A DNA stretch of 64,000 bases from an uncultured Acidobacteriota bacterium (GCA_963745095.1 CAVUWC010000005.1:340581-404580), one strand, 5' to 3'; positions 1 through 9,857 are shown, numbered from the stretch's first letter. A program made the numbers and translations. The notes: generated by a model from the sequence alone, not told the origin.

Positions 1-2
1 GC

Positions 3-179
3 GTGATGATCCTTGGCGTGGCCATCGCCGTCGCGCTACGGAGCTTGCCCGCACGCATCTTTGACGTTCGCCTGAGCTTGGTTTTCCTCCTTTCTGCCGC
101 GGTAGTCTTCGTGCGGTGCTATCCGCAGATGGCGCATTTAAATAGCCCATGGGATTGCATCTTCGGGTGTTGGCCGTAG
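3..179 (+). CDS. C-terminal fragment of a gene that starts upstream of the window (hydrophobic, membrane-like)
   Basis: Frame is open from the window edge to TAG at 177-179, translating to ...ILGVAIAVALRSLPARIFDVRLSLVFLLSAAVVFVRCYPQ.... Third codon positions are G/C-rich. It has no start in the window, so it is absent from the ORF track. Confidence 0.3.
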   Translation: MMILGVAIAVALRSLPARIFDVRLSLVFLLSAAVVFVRCYPQMAHLNSPWDCIFGCWP

Positions 180-727
180 AGCGTGCTTCCAATCCCACCA
201 GCGCGGCCTGTGTTCGCTTCCCAGCCAGTCGAACGTATGGGACCGCTATAATCTTCCGGCTGGACCGGTGTGCGCGACTGTTGAAAGTGCCCACCAGGCA
301 AAACGGTTGATGTAGCGCCCTACCGTCTGCCCCCCCAACGCATCAGTTCGATGAGGCCTAAGCCAACCGCTGCTAACGCGATTCGTTTGTAAGAAGTTGA
401 CCCGTGCCGTCCTACATGGGTCGCGACTATTTGCGATCTTGCGTGAGGCTCAATGTTGGTCGAGCCTCAATCATTCGCAATGCCCTAATCGTTCGTAGAG
501 CATTGAGTCGTTTTTGGAGACGCGCGAGCTTACTGCGTGATGGATGGACAGGGCCGGAAGCTCGACGCGGATGATCGGCAATTGAAAGAGCAAGGCCGCC
601 CTTCTTGTGACATCCCCGCGAGAGAACCTCGCTGTTATGTCTAAGAGGACGGCCTATTTCAAATCTCAAACTAAACTTACTGGCTAAACCTACTGAGCCC
701 TTCGGCCCAGGCTAATTCCGGCCAATG

Positions 728-2776
728 TTACCCAGGGATGATTCTAGGTGTCAGGAAGAAGAGCAATTCCTGCGCCTGGATGGAAATGGTTGTCCGTTTG
801 AACAGATTTCCGATCAGCGGCAAGCTTCCCACGATTGGAGTCTGCTGAATGTTGGTGTTCTGCGTGTTGACGATAATTCCGCCGATCACGACGGTACCAC
901 CATCCGGAACCAGCACTTTGGTCTGCGCTGACTGTGTATCCAATGCCGGGATACCCTGCACGCGCGGAATACCTTGATCGATCTGCGTGTTTTCAACGAG
1001 CACGTCCATAAAGATCGTGCCTTCGACCGTGATCTGCGGGGTCACTTCTAGTTGCAACACGGCGTCGATGAACTGCACCGAGATGGTGTTGTTGATGGTC
1101 GTCTGAATAGGCAGCTTGACGCCCTGCTTGATGACCGCCTTTTCGTTGTTCTGAGTCACGATGCGCGGCTTGGAGAGCAATTTGCCGACGCCTTTAGCTT
1201 CCGCAGCTGTGATAAAGAAGTCGATAGCGAAGTTTGGCGAGCGCTGCGAGAAGCCGAAGCCGCTCGTCGGAACGCCTGCGCCAAAGCTGGTAGCCAGCGG
1301 GATACCGGTCTGCGGACCACCACCGCTGGTATTCGTCGGCGCTACTATGAGAGGAGGCGGCGGAATTGTGTTGATCGGGCCAGGGCTGACGCCGACTTGC
1401 GGAGCGCCGCTATAGAGGCTACGGCCGCTCGTCGTCGTGCCGGCAAACCCAAGTTCCGTGCCAATGTCTTGAGAGAAAGCGCGCGAAGCTGAGATCACGC
1501 GTGCTTCGATCTCCACTTGCTGCGACTTTCGGTCGAGCTGGTTGAGAAGATTGTCGATAGTTGGGATGACTGACGGAATATCGCGAATGATGAGCTGGTT
1601 GGTGCGGTCGTCCGAAAGGATGTCGCCACGCGCGCTGAGAAACTTCTTTAGCGTGTCTTTCAACAGCGCTGCTTTTCCATATCTCAGCGTTCGAGTCACG
1701 GTCACGGGAGCAATGGCTTCGGCTTGAGCCTTTTCGAGATCGCGCTGCGTCTCCGCTTCCGTCTTCAGTGTGGTGCGGGTCGCGACGCGCAACACGTTTC
1801 CGTTGAGTTGTTTGTCGAGACCGTTGTTCTGGAGAACGATATCCAGAGCCTGATCCCACGGCACTTCATCCAGAACAATCGTCAGTGTCCCCTTAACCGC
1901 TGGGTCTAGCACGACGTTCAGCCCGCTGATCTCGTGGATCAACCGGAAAAAGTCGCGTAGATCGACGTCTTTCAAGTTCACTGAGATTGGCTCTCCCGTG
2001 TACTTTCCAACGGCAACGGGAGGTGGAGATGCCTGCGACTGCTGCGTCGTCACCGACGAAGCCGCCATTTTATTGGCGGCCGCGTTCGCTGCCTGCGCAG
2101 CTTGCTGCGCCGCATCTTGCGCTGTTGCCGGACGCGCTGGCTCATTCTTCCCGTTGAAAGAAGCGAGAGTGAATGAGGGCTGGGTCAGTTCGCCGGGCAA
2201 AGCGAAGCGAGGAGCAGGAATCTGCAACGAATTTGAGGGCCGAGTGGCGGTGTGTGGCGCTGCCGCGCTGTATTCGAACGCGGCTCGCGACTTCGGTTCT
2301 TGCTGCGAAGTCACCGTCTGAGGAGCCGATGGTGCTGCACCGGGAGTTTCTGGCTGCGCGTCAAAAAGGACCACAACCGCCGTTCCATCATGCGAAATCT
2401 GATAGGGCGAGACACCCGTCAGGTCGACGACCACGCGTGCAACGTTCGGGCGGTACTGCCCGAGCCGCACATCGCGTACGGGTTCCGATACTCCAGGAAT
2501 CACCGTCTTATCGACCGCCAGTCGTGCGCCGGAGAAATCCAGCACCAACCGATCTGGGTTCTGCATGCGCGAGGCATGGACGTCGAGACGCCCTTCGCCT
2601 TCCACACGCACACTGGCGCGTTGTGGCGCTTGCGTTATCGCCACGCTAGAGATCACCGCGGATGCCGCGGTCGCGCCTGCGGGCTCCTGCGTCTGAGCGA
2701 GCAGCGGGCTTGCGCCCAAAGCTGCGCTCGAGAGGATCAGGAAGCCGCACCGAAAGGCGGGCCAATTCGTCTTCAT
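728..2776 (-). CDS. pilQ: Type IV pilus secretin PilQ
   Basis: 682-aa ORF with a signal peptide (...AALGASPLLAQ) and an AMIN-like N-domain (VRVEGEGRLDVHASRMQNPDRLVLDFSGARL). A low-complexity linker leads to a C-terminal secretin domain ending ...VGSLPLIGNLFKRTTISIQAQELLFFLTPRII. It is the last gene of the pilMNOPQ order and overlaps pilP by 4 nt. Confidence 0.93.
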   Translation of the reverse strand: MKTNWPAFRCGFLILSSAALGASPLLAQTQEPAGATAASAVISSVAITQAPQRASVRVEGEGRLDVHASRMQNPDRLVLDFSGARLAVDKTVIPGVSEPVRDVRLGQYRPNVARVVVDLTGVSPYQISHDGTAVVVLFDAQPETPGAAPSAPQTVTSQQEPKSRAAFEYSAAAPHTATRPSNSLQIPAPRFALPGELTQPSFTLASFNGKNEPARPATAQDAAQQAAQAANAAANKMAASSVTTQQSQASPPPVAVGKYTGEPISVNLKDVDLRDFFRLIHEISGLNVVLDPAVKGTLTIVLDEVPWDQALDIVLQNNGLDKQLNGNVLRVATRTTLKTEAETQRDLEKAQAEAIAPVTVTRTLRYGKAALLKDTLKKFLSARGDILSDDRTNQLIIRDIPSVIPTIDNLLNQLDRKSQQVEIEARVISASRAFSQDIGTELGFAGTTTSGRSLYSGAPQVGVSPGPINTIPPPPLIVAPTNTSGGGPQTGIPLATSFGAGVPTSGFGFSQRSPNFAIDFFITAAEAKGVGKLLSKPRIVTQNNEKAVIKQGVKLPIQTTINNTISVQFIDAVLQLEVTPQITVEGTIFMDVLVENTQIDQGIPRVQGIPALDTQSAQTKVLVPDGGTVVIGGIIVNTQNTNIQQTPIVGSLPLIGNLFKRTTISIQAQELLFFLTPRIIPG

Positions 2777-3360
2777 TGCTGTTCTCCTGCACTGGAGTAA
2801 ATTCTTTTGTTCACTTGGCGTTCCACGGGCTTGCCAAACGCATCTTTCCCGATTTCATGGAACGAAACGCCATCCATCGCAATCTTTTCCACGCGTCCGT
2901 CGTACAACTGATCGCCTTCACGGAGAAAATAGGTCCGCGCCTGCGGATTGGTTACCACCGCAATCATGCCGTTCGGCGCTTTCACAATGCCGTCCAGCCG
3001 TAGCGTGCTCACTTGCAGACCCGCTTTGCCGGGAGGCAGCTGTGCCGTGGCATTCTTTTGCGCTTGCTGACGTGCCACCAAAGACTCGAACGGATCACGC
3101 CGCGCGGACTTGTCGTCGCCTTCCTTCGGCGCGTCTGGGTTCACCGCGGTCTCGACAGGCTTGGCTGGCTTGGGAGCCTTCGCCACTTTTTGAGTTGCGG
3201 ACTTTGCTGGAGGCTTTTTCGCCGCTGCCGGTGCTGCTGGTTTTCCTGGTTGCGCCGCAGCCGTGGAGGCCTGCGCACGCAGCCCAGGTGCGGCTGCCGC
3301 GAGCAAAATCCCTAGTACGAGAGTTAGTGCTGAACGCATAGATCGCTCATTCCCGCTCAA
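2773..3360 (-). CDS. pilP: Type IV pilus assembly protein PilP-like
   Basis: 195-aa ORF between pilO and pilQ. It has a signal peptide, an Ala/Pro/Lys-rich linker and a C-terminal beta domain (LRLDGIVKAPNGMIAVVTNPQARTYFLREGDQLYDGRVEKI). The call rests largely on operon position. Confidence 0.65.
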   Translation of the reverse strand: MSGNERSMRSALTLVLGILLAAAAPGLRAQASTAAAQPGKPAAPAAAKKPPAKSATQKVAKAPKPAKPVETAVNPDAPKEGDDKSARRDPFESLVARQQAQKNATAQLPPGKAGLQVSTLRLDGIVKAPNGMIAVVTNPQARTYFLREGDQLYDGRVEKIAMDGVSFHEIGKDAFGKPVERQVNKRIYSSAGEQQ

Positions 3361-3363
3361 GGG

Positions 3364-4014
3364 TTATTTCCCCGCCGGCTTGACTGCGGACTTCGCCCCT
3401 GGTGCTCCTGGGGCTGGACCGACGTCAGCTGGCTTGGTGAAGAAAGTCGTTGCCGTGAAAATTGCGGATACCGTTGTCCCCGGCCGTATCGGATACTTCG
3501 TGCCCTTGGACTTGTCTGGATCAGCAAACTCCAAGTCGCCCACGTTGATGATTCTCGAAAGCCTGCCCAACCGCCCAAAAAAGTCCATCAGGTTGAAGTA
3601 CGGCCCGTCCGCCTGCACTTCGAACGGCATTTCATAATGAAAGTCTTTCGGAACAATCGCCTCAGCCGTCAAGCGCCGGAGCTGCACATTCGACGAACTG
3701 GCTGCGCCCTGAAGCAGCCGGATAAACTCATCCGTTTCTTTTTCTTCGGGCACGATCGTCTTCAGCGTATCGAGCTGCTTCGAGAGTGCATCCATCTGCT
3801 GTTTCAGTTCGCCGTAACGCTGCCTATAAACTTGCAATTGCTGAACTTCTGTATTCAAGGTAGAGCGCTGCTGCACAGCCTTATCGACCGCGTCGCGTTC
3901 CTGTGCCACTGGAGAAAGCGGAATGTAAACTCCCAGGAGAAGCACCACGACCGCGATGGCGACTGCCACCAGGCCCTGCATGAACACCGACATGTCTCGA
4001 AACGGATTGGCCAT
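3364..4014 (-). CDS. pilO: Type IV pilus assembly protein PilO
   Basis: 216 aa with a single N-terminal TM helix followed by a coiled coil (LNTEVQQLQVYRQRYGELKQQMDALSKQLDTLK). It sits between pilN and pilP. Confidence 0.8.
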   Translation of the reverse strand: MANPFRDMSVFMQGLVAVAIAVVVLLLGVYIPLSPVAQERDAVDKAVQQRSTLNTEVQQLQVYRQRYGELKQQMDALSKQLDTLKTIVPEEKETDEFIRLLQGAASSSNVQLRRLTAEAIVPKDFHYEMPFEVQADGPYFNLMDFFGRLGRLSRIINVGDLEFADPDKSKGTKYPIRPGTTVSAIFTATTFFTKPADVGPAPGAPGAKSAVKPAGK

Positions 4015-4023
4015 GGTCGTCCC

Positions 4024-4677
4024 TTATCCCTTCTTCGCCGGAGTCGCGACTGGCGCGGCTTTCGTCGGCACGTTCGCCGGCTTCGCTTGCGCCGGTGAAG
4101 CTGCCACTGGCTGCGGCGGAGTGATCTCAGCGGACAACTGGAAATTGAAAGTCTGGATGGCGCTGGCTTTGTCGTCCTGCTTCGCGTCCTTAATTTCCAC
4201 CTTTTGGAAATATCCGGAACGCTTTAGAGCCGTAATAAAATTCGCTATCGCGTTAACGGAAGCGGAAGAACCCTCAATGGTCAGGTTCGACCCTTTCCGC
4301 GTCATGGTTGTCAGCCAGAGATTCTCTGTTCGGGAAACCGTGTTTGCCACCATATCCAGAAGATCTTGCCCGCCGGTCCGGTCGCGTTGCAGTTGTTCAA
4401 TGGTGGAAACTCTCTGCTGCAAAACCTGCTTCTGCTTATCGAAAGCCTCTACCTGTTGCTTGATGCTCTCGAGGTCGGTCTTCTGCGCCTGCAACGTCTT
4501 GATCTTGGCGTTCTCGGTATTCAGCTGCTGTTGCCACGAGTAATAAAGAAAGCCAAGAACGAGAACGCCGAGAACCAGTCCGGCGCCGATGAAGAGCACG
4601 GGAAGCGCGGCACCTGTATCGACTGGCCTCCGCGATGCTTTAGGCCGTATTTGTCCGAGAAGGTTTATGCGAATCAT
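4024..4677 (-). CDS. pilN: Type IV pilus assembly protein PilN
   Basis: 217 aa starting MIRINLLGQ (PilN-type INLL motif), with one TM helix, a coiled coil and an Ala/Pro-rich C-terminal tail. It lies directly downstream of pilM. Confidence 0.85.
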   Translation of the reverse strand: MIRINLLGQIRPKASRRPVDTGAALPVLFIGAGLVLGVLVLGFLYYSWQQQLNTENAKIKTLQAQKTDLESIKQQVEAFDKQKQVLQQRVSTIEQLQRDRTGGQDLLDMVANTVSRTENLWLTTMTRKGSNLTIEGSSASVNAIANFITALKRSGYFQKVEIKDAKQDDKASAIQTFNFQLSAEITPPQPVAASPAQAKPANVPTKAAPVATPAKKG

Positions 4678-4679
4678 GG

Positions 4680-5729
4680 TTAGTCAAAGCTCCTCAGTGC
4701 CAGACCCACCGCAATGGCCAGCCGCGGTGACATCTCGCGGATTTGGTCATCGCTGTGCCGGCTGGGATTGACGAGCACTTTCCGAAAAGGATTCAACTCC
4801 TCTACCGGCATCGCAAACTCTTCTCTGAGCAAGTCCACCAGCCCAGGTACGCGCGCCGTACCGCCCGCCACCACGATACGCTGAATATTTTCGCCGCTCG
4901 CCGTGGCACGGAAGAAGTCAAACGTCTTTTGAATTTCCAAGGTGAGAATGTCCGACACGCTGCGCAGAATCTGCTGTTTCTGCTCATCGGTCACGCTCGG
5001 AAGCGTATCGCCCTTCTTCAGGCGCTCCGCATCCTCGAAGCTCAAATCCAATTCTTTTTGCAGCGCGTCCGTATACTGGTTGCCGCCCACGCTGACGTCG
5101 CGCGTAAACAGCGGCACACCGCCGCGGACGATATTGATGTTCATAACGCTGGCGCCGATATTCAGCAACGCAACCGTCTGGCCTGCATCCGGTTCGTAAT
5201 TTACTTCAAAGCAGTTCTGCAAGCCGAACGCATCGATATCCACGACCACAGGCGTCTTGCCTGCCTGCGCCAGAACGTTCGTGTGGTTCAGAATCTTGTC
5301 CTTCTTTACGGCCACCAGCAGGACGTCCATCTGCGCGTCCATCGACTCGAGCAACTGATAGCTCAGGTTCACGTCCGCGATGTCGAACGGAATGTGCTGG
5401 CTGGCTTCCGAAGGAATCCGGTCATACAACTCTTCCTCGGTCATCAGCGGAAGCGGCACCCTCTTCACAATCACCGAGTGTCCTGAAACCGATGTCGCCA
5501 CGTTCTTCGTCTTTACGCGTTGCGCATCGAAAATCTTGCTGATCGCGTTGGCCACCTGCGGCGCGTCCATGATCGCGCCATCCACGACGGTGTCCTGCGC
5601 CAGCGATTCCATTCCAAAGCTTACAAGCTCGTAGCCGGCTTTCGTCGCCTTCAGCTCGACTGCCTTGATCGAGCTTGAGCCGATGTCCAGCCCTACCAGC
5701 TGTCTTGATTTTTTGCCCATTCCCAACAT
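4680..5729 (-). CDS. pilM: Type IV pilus assembly ATPase-fold protein PilM
   Basis: 349 aa with actin/FtsA-like motifs (VGLDIGSSSIKAVEL ... VVAGGTARVPGL). It is the first structural gene of the pilMNOPQ order. Confidence 0.92.
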   Translation of the reverse strand: MLGMGKKSRQLVGLDIGSSSIKAVELKATKAGYELVSFGMESLAQDTVVDGAIMDAPQVANAISKIFDAQRVKTKNVATSVSGHSVIVKRVPLPLMTEEELYDRIPSEASQHIPFDIADVNLSYQLLESMDAQMDVLLVAVKKDKILNHTNVLAQAGKTPVVVDIDAFGLQNCFEVNYEPDAGQTVALLNIGASVMNINIVRGGVPLFTRDVSVGGNQYTDALQKELDLSFEDAERLKKGDTLPSVTDEQKQQILRSVSDILTLEIQKTFDFFRATASGENIQRIVVAGGTARVPGLVDLLREEFAMPVEELNPFRKVLVNPSRHSDDQIREMSPRLAIAVGLALRSFD

Positions 5730-5762
5730 ATCGCGGCCTCTTTCGCCTTCAATATCGGCAAA

Positions 5763-5960
5763 CTATCGGCGCCTCGCATGCGCTTGGCTCATTTTGCGTT
5801 CCATCCAACGGTCCAGAATCGTCTTACGCAGTTTCCAACGATTACCTAGTTTGAACGCGGGAATTTCGCCCTCAGTGATGTAACGGTACAGGGTATCCGG
5901 AGAGATCCCCAGATACTGCGACGCCTGCCTCACATTCATCACTTCACGCGATTCATTCAC
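5763..5960 (-). CDS. Small helix-turn-helix DNA-binding protein (excisionase/MerR-like HTH)
   Basis: 65 aa containing MNVRQASQYLGISPDTLYRYITEGEIPAFKLGNRWKLRKTILDRW, the classic excisionase-family HTH pattern. It lies 33 nt upstream of pilM on the same strand. The start could instead be the internal Met at 5939. Confidence 0.75.
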   Translation of the reverse strand: MNESREVMNVRQASQYLGISPDTLYRYITEGEIPAFKLGNRWKLRKTILDRWMERKMSQAHARRR

Positions 5961-6283
5961 GAGGAACGTTACCCCGGCGTCCGAACTGACGCCAACCCCA
6001 CCACTGCCAAGGGCACCCCTGCTGCGCTGCGGATATTTCGAGGTGCGGCCCGTGCAAGCTTTATGACATTCAGAACCTCAGAGCGTCAAGGGATTCTCTA
6101 CCGGAGTTGCCTTATTACTACCCCTATTCATAGGCATTTCTGGGGTATTAGGGGAGGTTGATACTATAAATTGTGGATGCCTTTAGGGATAACCACAACT
6201 AATTGTATTTTTCTGCCATCCCAGCCTGTCCTCAGGGACGGTTATCCTTTGAAGTCAATCTCGCGCTTCTCATTCACGCGTTC

Positions 6284-7756
6284 TTACAATTGCAGCGTTT
6301 TCCAAATTGCGGCGACGCGCGCGCGCGTCGCTTCATCCATTTTAATTTCGTCAGGCCATGGGCGCGTAAATCCTTCTGTTTCCCACTTGCGCGTTGCATC
6401 GATTCCCATTTTTGAACCGAAGTCTTGCATTCTTTGCGCGTGGTCGAGCGTATCCACTGGTCCTAGAGAGAATTGCACGTCTCTTTCTGGGTCCAGCGCA
6501 CACAGCGATTTCCACACAACTTCATTGTAGTTGTGCACGTCTACGTCGTGATCCACCACCACGATTACCTTCGTGAACATCGCCTGTCCCAACGACCAAA
6601 TCGCGTTCATTATTTTTCGCGCGTGGCCCGGATACGACTTCCGTATCGCCACAATCATCAAATTGTGGAAGATTCCTTCGGCCGGCATCGCTACATCTGT
6701 GATTTCCGGGTATTGCATTTTCATCACCGGCAAGAATACGCGCTCCACCGCGTAACCCATGTAATAGTCTTCTTGCGGCGGAGGCCCTACCACGGTCGTC
6801 AGATAAATCGGATCCTTCTTGTGCGTCACGCATTCCACGTGAAATACCGGGTACTCGCCTTCCAGTGAATAAAAACCTGTGTGATCGCCGAATGGCCCCT
6901 CTGTCCGCATCTCGTTCAGGCTGACGTAGCCTTCGAGTACGATCTCCGCGTTCGCTGGTACTTCAAGATCGTTCGTTTCGCAGGTCACCATCTCCACCGG
7001 TTCGCGCCGCAGGAATCCCGCGAACATCATTTCGTCCAAATCCGGCGGAATCGGAAGCATCCCGGAAAGCGCAGTCGCGGGATCCGCTCCGATCGCGACA
7101 CTCACAGGAATTCGCCCGTCGGGATTCTTTGCCCGCGCCCGACGGAAATGTTCCGCGCCATGCTTTTGCGTCTGCCAATGCATGCCGGTGGTTCGCTCGT
7201 CGTAGACCTGCATGCGGTACATCCCGACATTTCGCTTCCCCGTTTCGGGATTCTTTGTGAACACCAGCGGGAACGTAATAAATCTCCCGCCATCCTGCGG
7301 CCAGCATTTTAAAATGGGGAAATCGAAAAGGTTTACATCTTTACCGTGATGCATTACTTCTTTGCAGGCACCGGTCTTCACGCTCTTGGGAAAGAATGAT
7401 CCCAGCTCCGCGAGCTTTGGCAGCATCTTGATTTTGTCAAAGAATCCTTGGGGAGTCTCCATTTTCAGGAAACCTTGAATACGCGCCGCCACTTCGTCCA
7501 GCTCGCCTACTTCAAGCGCCAGCGCCATCCGGCGTACGCTTCCAAACGTATTCACGAGTAGCGGTACGCGCGAACCTTTGGGCTTTTCAAACAAGAGGGC
7601 AGGCCCGACGCTGTCCGGCAGGCGGCTCTTGTCCCGCGCGATGCGTTGCGTTACTTCCGTGATCTCCAGAATGGGGTCAACTTCCGCGCGAATGCGCTTC
7701 AGTTCCCCTTCCTTCTCCAGTTTCTGGACAAACTCCCGCAAATCCCGATACGCCAC
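6284..7756 (-). CDS. UbiD-family (prenylated-FMN type) decarboxylase
   Basis: 490 aa with full-length UbiD-like architecture and motifs (FGDHTGFYS, VVGPPPQEDYYMGYAVERVFLP). Substrate specificity cannot be told from the sequence. Confidence 0.88.
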   Translation of the reverse strand: MAYRDLREFVQKLEKEGELKRIRAEVDPILEITEVTQRIARDKSRLPDSVGPALLFEKPKGSRVPLLVNTFGSVRRMALALEVGELDEVAARIQGFLKMETPQGFFDKIKMLPKLAELGSFFPKSVKTGACKEVMHHGKDVNLFDFPILKCWPQDGGRFITFPLVFTKNPETGKRNVGMYRMQVYDERTTGMHWQTQKHGAEHFRRARAKNPDGRIPVSVAIGADPATALSGMLPIPPDLDEMMFAGFLRREPVEMVTCETNDLEVPANAEIVLEGYVSLNEMRTEGPFGDHTGFYSLEGEYPVFHVECVTHKKDPIYLTTVVGPPPQEDYYMGYAVERVFLPVMKMQYPEITDVAMPAEGIFHNLMIVAIRKSYPGHARKIMNAIWSLGQAMFTKVIVVVDHDVDVHNYNEVVWKSLCALDPERDVQFSLGPVDTLDHAQRMQDFGSKMGIDATRKWETEGFTRPWPDEIKMDEATRARVAAIWKTLQL

Positions 7757-7847
7757 TTATTCCTCCTGGAGCATTTCTGCGACAGTCCGATGGAGGAAAA
7801 CTGTATCACGATCCGCAAGCGGCACTGCGAAAGCTTGCAGTTCCAAA

Positions 7848-9857
7848 TCACTTCGGCCCGGCCGCCTCGATACCGCGGAGCGCCGCCTGCTGTGAGTCGC
7901 CTTCCAACAGGCGGCTATAGAATTGGCTCACATTCTTGTGTTGGCCCGGCACGAAGAAATAGCCGGACACCCGAAACGTACGCATCATCCGAAGCAGGTT
8001 CCCATCCTTCCTGGATGAAAACTCGTAGTAAAAAGCCCCTTGGTCCGCTTTCGTATCCGCCGGCAGGGACTCCACATTCATTCCTGCTGGCAACTCGACG
8101 CGCACTTCCTCATACGATTCATGCGGGTACCCGAAGTAGATAGGGTAGGTTCGGTTGGGAGACGAAAAGGGATTTTTTTCATGCGCATGAAACACTCCCA
8201 CGGGCATTAGCAGCCTTTTCCCCGCCGGAACAGCAAAATTGGGGATATCCACTTCGAATTCAGCCCGCAACGGCACTTGCATATCATCCAAGCCCTCAAC
8301 CTTAAGCAATTTCACTGTCGCGCCTTGCACTAACGTACTCTTTAACGAATCTTCCAACTCCTTCCATCGTTCCGCTTCATCTTTCCGCATCGCATCCAAC
8401 CGCACGCTCAACGCTTCCTGGCCAAAGAAACGGACTGCGACTTTCCCGCTCAGCCCTCCGTCGCTGTTCATTTTTAAATCCGCCTCACGCCTCACGATGG
8501 CGTCCTTGCTCTTGGAGAGAGGCGTAGCCCAAAGCTTTGGTCGCTGGCTATCCACCACCACACCTCCCGCATCCGCTTCCTCCCAGGGCAATAATCCATA
8601 CGGGCAGAATCTCGTCGCGGGATCCAGGTACACAAAGCCCTGCGCTGTACGCACTAGGACAACCATCGCATTTAGCTGCTGCTCGTTGGGATAGCCCTTC
8701 ATGAAAAACGCCTGTTTCCGCGAACTGACCATCATCGGCATGGCATCGAACCCGGCTGCCCTCGCCAACGCCACAAACAATAAATTGATTTGATTCGCAT
8801 ACGCGTACCCGTGAACGAGCACGTCTTCCGCGCTGTTGTTATCTTTCAGATTCTCTTGCCTCTTCTCCTTTTCCGTTTTCGCTTCTTCAAAACTCACAGC
8901 TCGAATCTGCTGGACCCGCGCGTAGATCTGGCGCAGCTTTGTTTCCTCGGGGTCGTTCGGATTCACCAATTTCGCCGCTTCCGCCTGAATTGCCTTCGAT
9001 TTACCGACGAACTTCTCAAGCACTTCTGCCCTGCGTGTCGCCACTCCCGCCCAATACGCGTCCTCGGTGAAATACCCAACCACGTAAAACAGGTTCGCGC
9101 GAATCTTCAGATTTTCTTCGGGCGGCGAATATTCTTCCTCCACGTAGGCCGGGATATTGTCGACGTCAATTTGGATCGTGCCGTCGGCGGACTTCCGTGG
9201 ACTCACGCCACTCGGGAGCGACACATAATAATCTTCGATCCGCCCGCCCTTTAGTCCATGCAAAGTGAAGCGTCCATGACGCACAAATAAGCTTCGCTGG
9301 ATGTCCCACTGCGCAGCCGGATAGGCATCCGCGAACCTGAACAAATATTCTCCCGGGTGGCGGAGGGCATCTGGAAATTTTTCTTTGTAGTGCAGGCGGT
9401 AGGAATACTCAATGATGGTGCCAACTTGAACGTCGGGAAGTGTCAAGACTTTCGCGTTTACGCGCAACTTCTTCGCCCTCATTATTTCCCGGTCGTAAAT
9501 CTGATCCTTGAACTCCGAAGTCTTGCCGTCCGGCCCCACGGTGCGCGCCCGAATTTCCTCCACTACGGTCGCTTTGTCATAATAAGGAATCTCGATGTTT
9601 GCGTATTTCCGTCCGTCGTCCTGAAACACCTTGATTCGTATCGACTCTGTTTCCGTGGATTTTGTGTTGTCGGTCTCGACCGCGCAATAGAGGATCATCG
9701 CCGGCGCCCCAGGCGCCGCCGGATTATCCTTCAATGCCAAATCCGCTGGAGTGATCGCCGGCAGGTTAGGGAGCTCTTGCGCGCCGGCAAAAGGGACCGC
9801 GGCCATCGTCCAGATAAAACTGATCGCAACGAGGAAAAAGAATTGGATGCGCTTCAT
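7848..9857 (-). CDS. Secreted DUF3857 / transglutaminase-like / DUF3858-type protein
   Basis: ORF 7848-9941 trimmed to the ATG at 9857, which yields the signal peptide MKRIQFFFLVAISFIWTMAAVPFAGAQ. The centre has a transglutaminase-like core (HGYAYANQINLLFVALARAAGFDAMPMMVSSR), but I see no Cys at the usual nucleophile position. Confidence 0.55.
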   Translation of the reverse strand: MKRIQFFFLVAISFIWTMAAVPFAGAQELPNLPAITPADLALKDNPAAPGAPAMILYCAVETDNTKSTETESIRIKVFQDDGRKYANIEIPYYDKATVVEEIRARTVGPDGKTSEFKDQIYDREIMRAKKLRVNAKVLTLPDVQVGTIIEYSYRLHYKEKFPDALRHPGEYLFRFADAYPAAQWDIQRSLFVRHGRFTLHGLKGGRIEDYYVSLPSGVSPRKSADGTIQIDVDNIPAYVEEEYSPPEENLKIRANLFYVVGYFTEDAYWAGVATRRAEVLEKFVGKSKAIQAEAAKLVNPNDPEETKLRQIYARVQQIRAVSFEEAKTEKEKRQENLKDNNSAEDVLVHGYAYANQINLLFVALARAAGFDAMPMMVSSRKQAFFMKGYPNEQQLNAMVVLVRTAQGFVYLDPATRFCPYGLLPWEEADAGGVVVDSQRPKLWATPLSKSKDAIVRREADLKMNSDGGLSGKVAVRFFGQEALSVRLDAMRKDEAERWKELEDSLKSTLVQGATVKLLKVEGLDDMQVPLRAEFEVDIPNFAVPAGKRLLMPVGVFHAHEKNPFSSPNRTYPIYFGYPHESYEEVRVELPAGMNVESLPADTKADQGAFYYEFSSRKDGNLLRMMRTFRVSGYFFVPGQHKNVSQFYSRLLEGDSQQAALRGIEAAGPK

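Noticed and set aside
150-300. tRNA/tmRNA-like 3' end (GCTTCCAATCCCACCAG)
   Set aside because: The T-loop-like stretch deviates from the TTCRANYC consensus. I could not build an acceptor stem or a cloverleaf, and no tmRNA tag-reading frame or 5' GGGG start is evident on either strand.
119-669. ORFs 119-301 (-) and 427-669 (-) as genes
   Set aside because: They are short and Arg-rich, with no ribosome-binding site, no motif and no codon-position G/C bias. The region is kept only as part of an ORF-poor region worth an RNA scan.
5763-5960. Excisionase-family HTH as a marker of a prophage or integrative element
   Set aside because: No integrase, recombinase, att-like direct repeats, tRNA target or phage genes occur nearby. 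The gene is embedded in the pilus operon.
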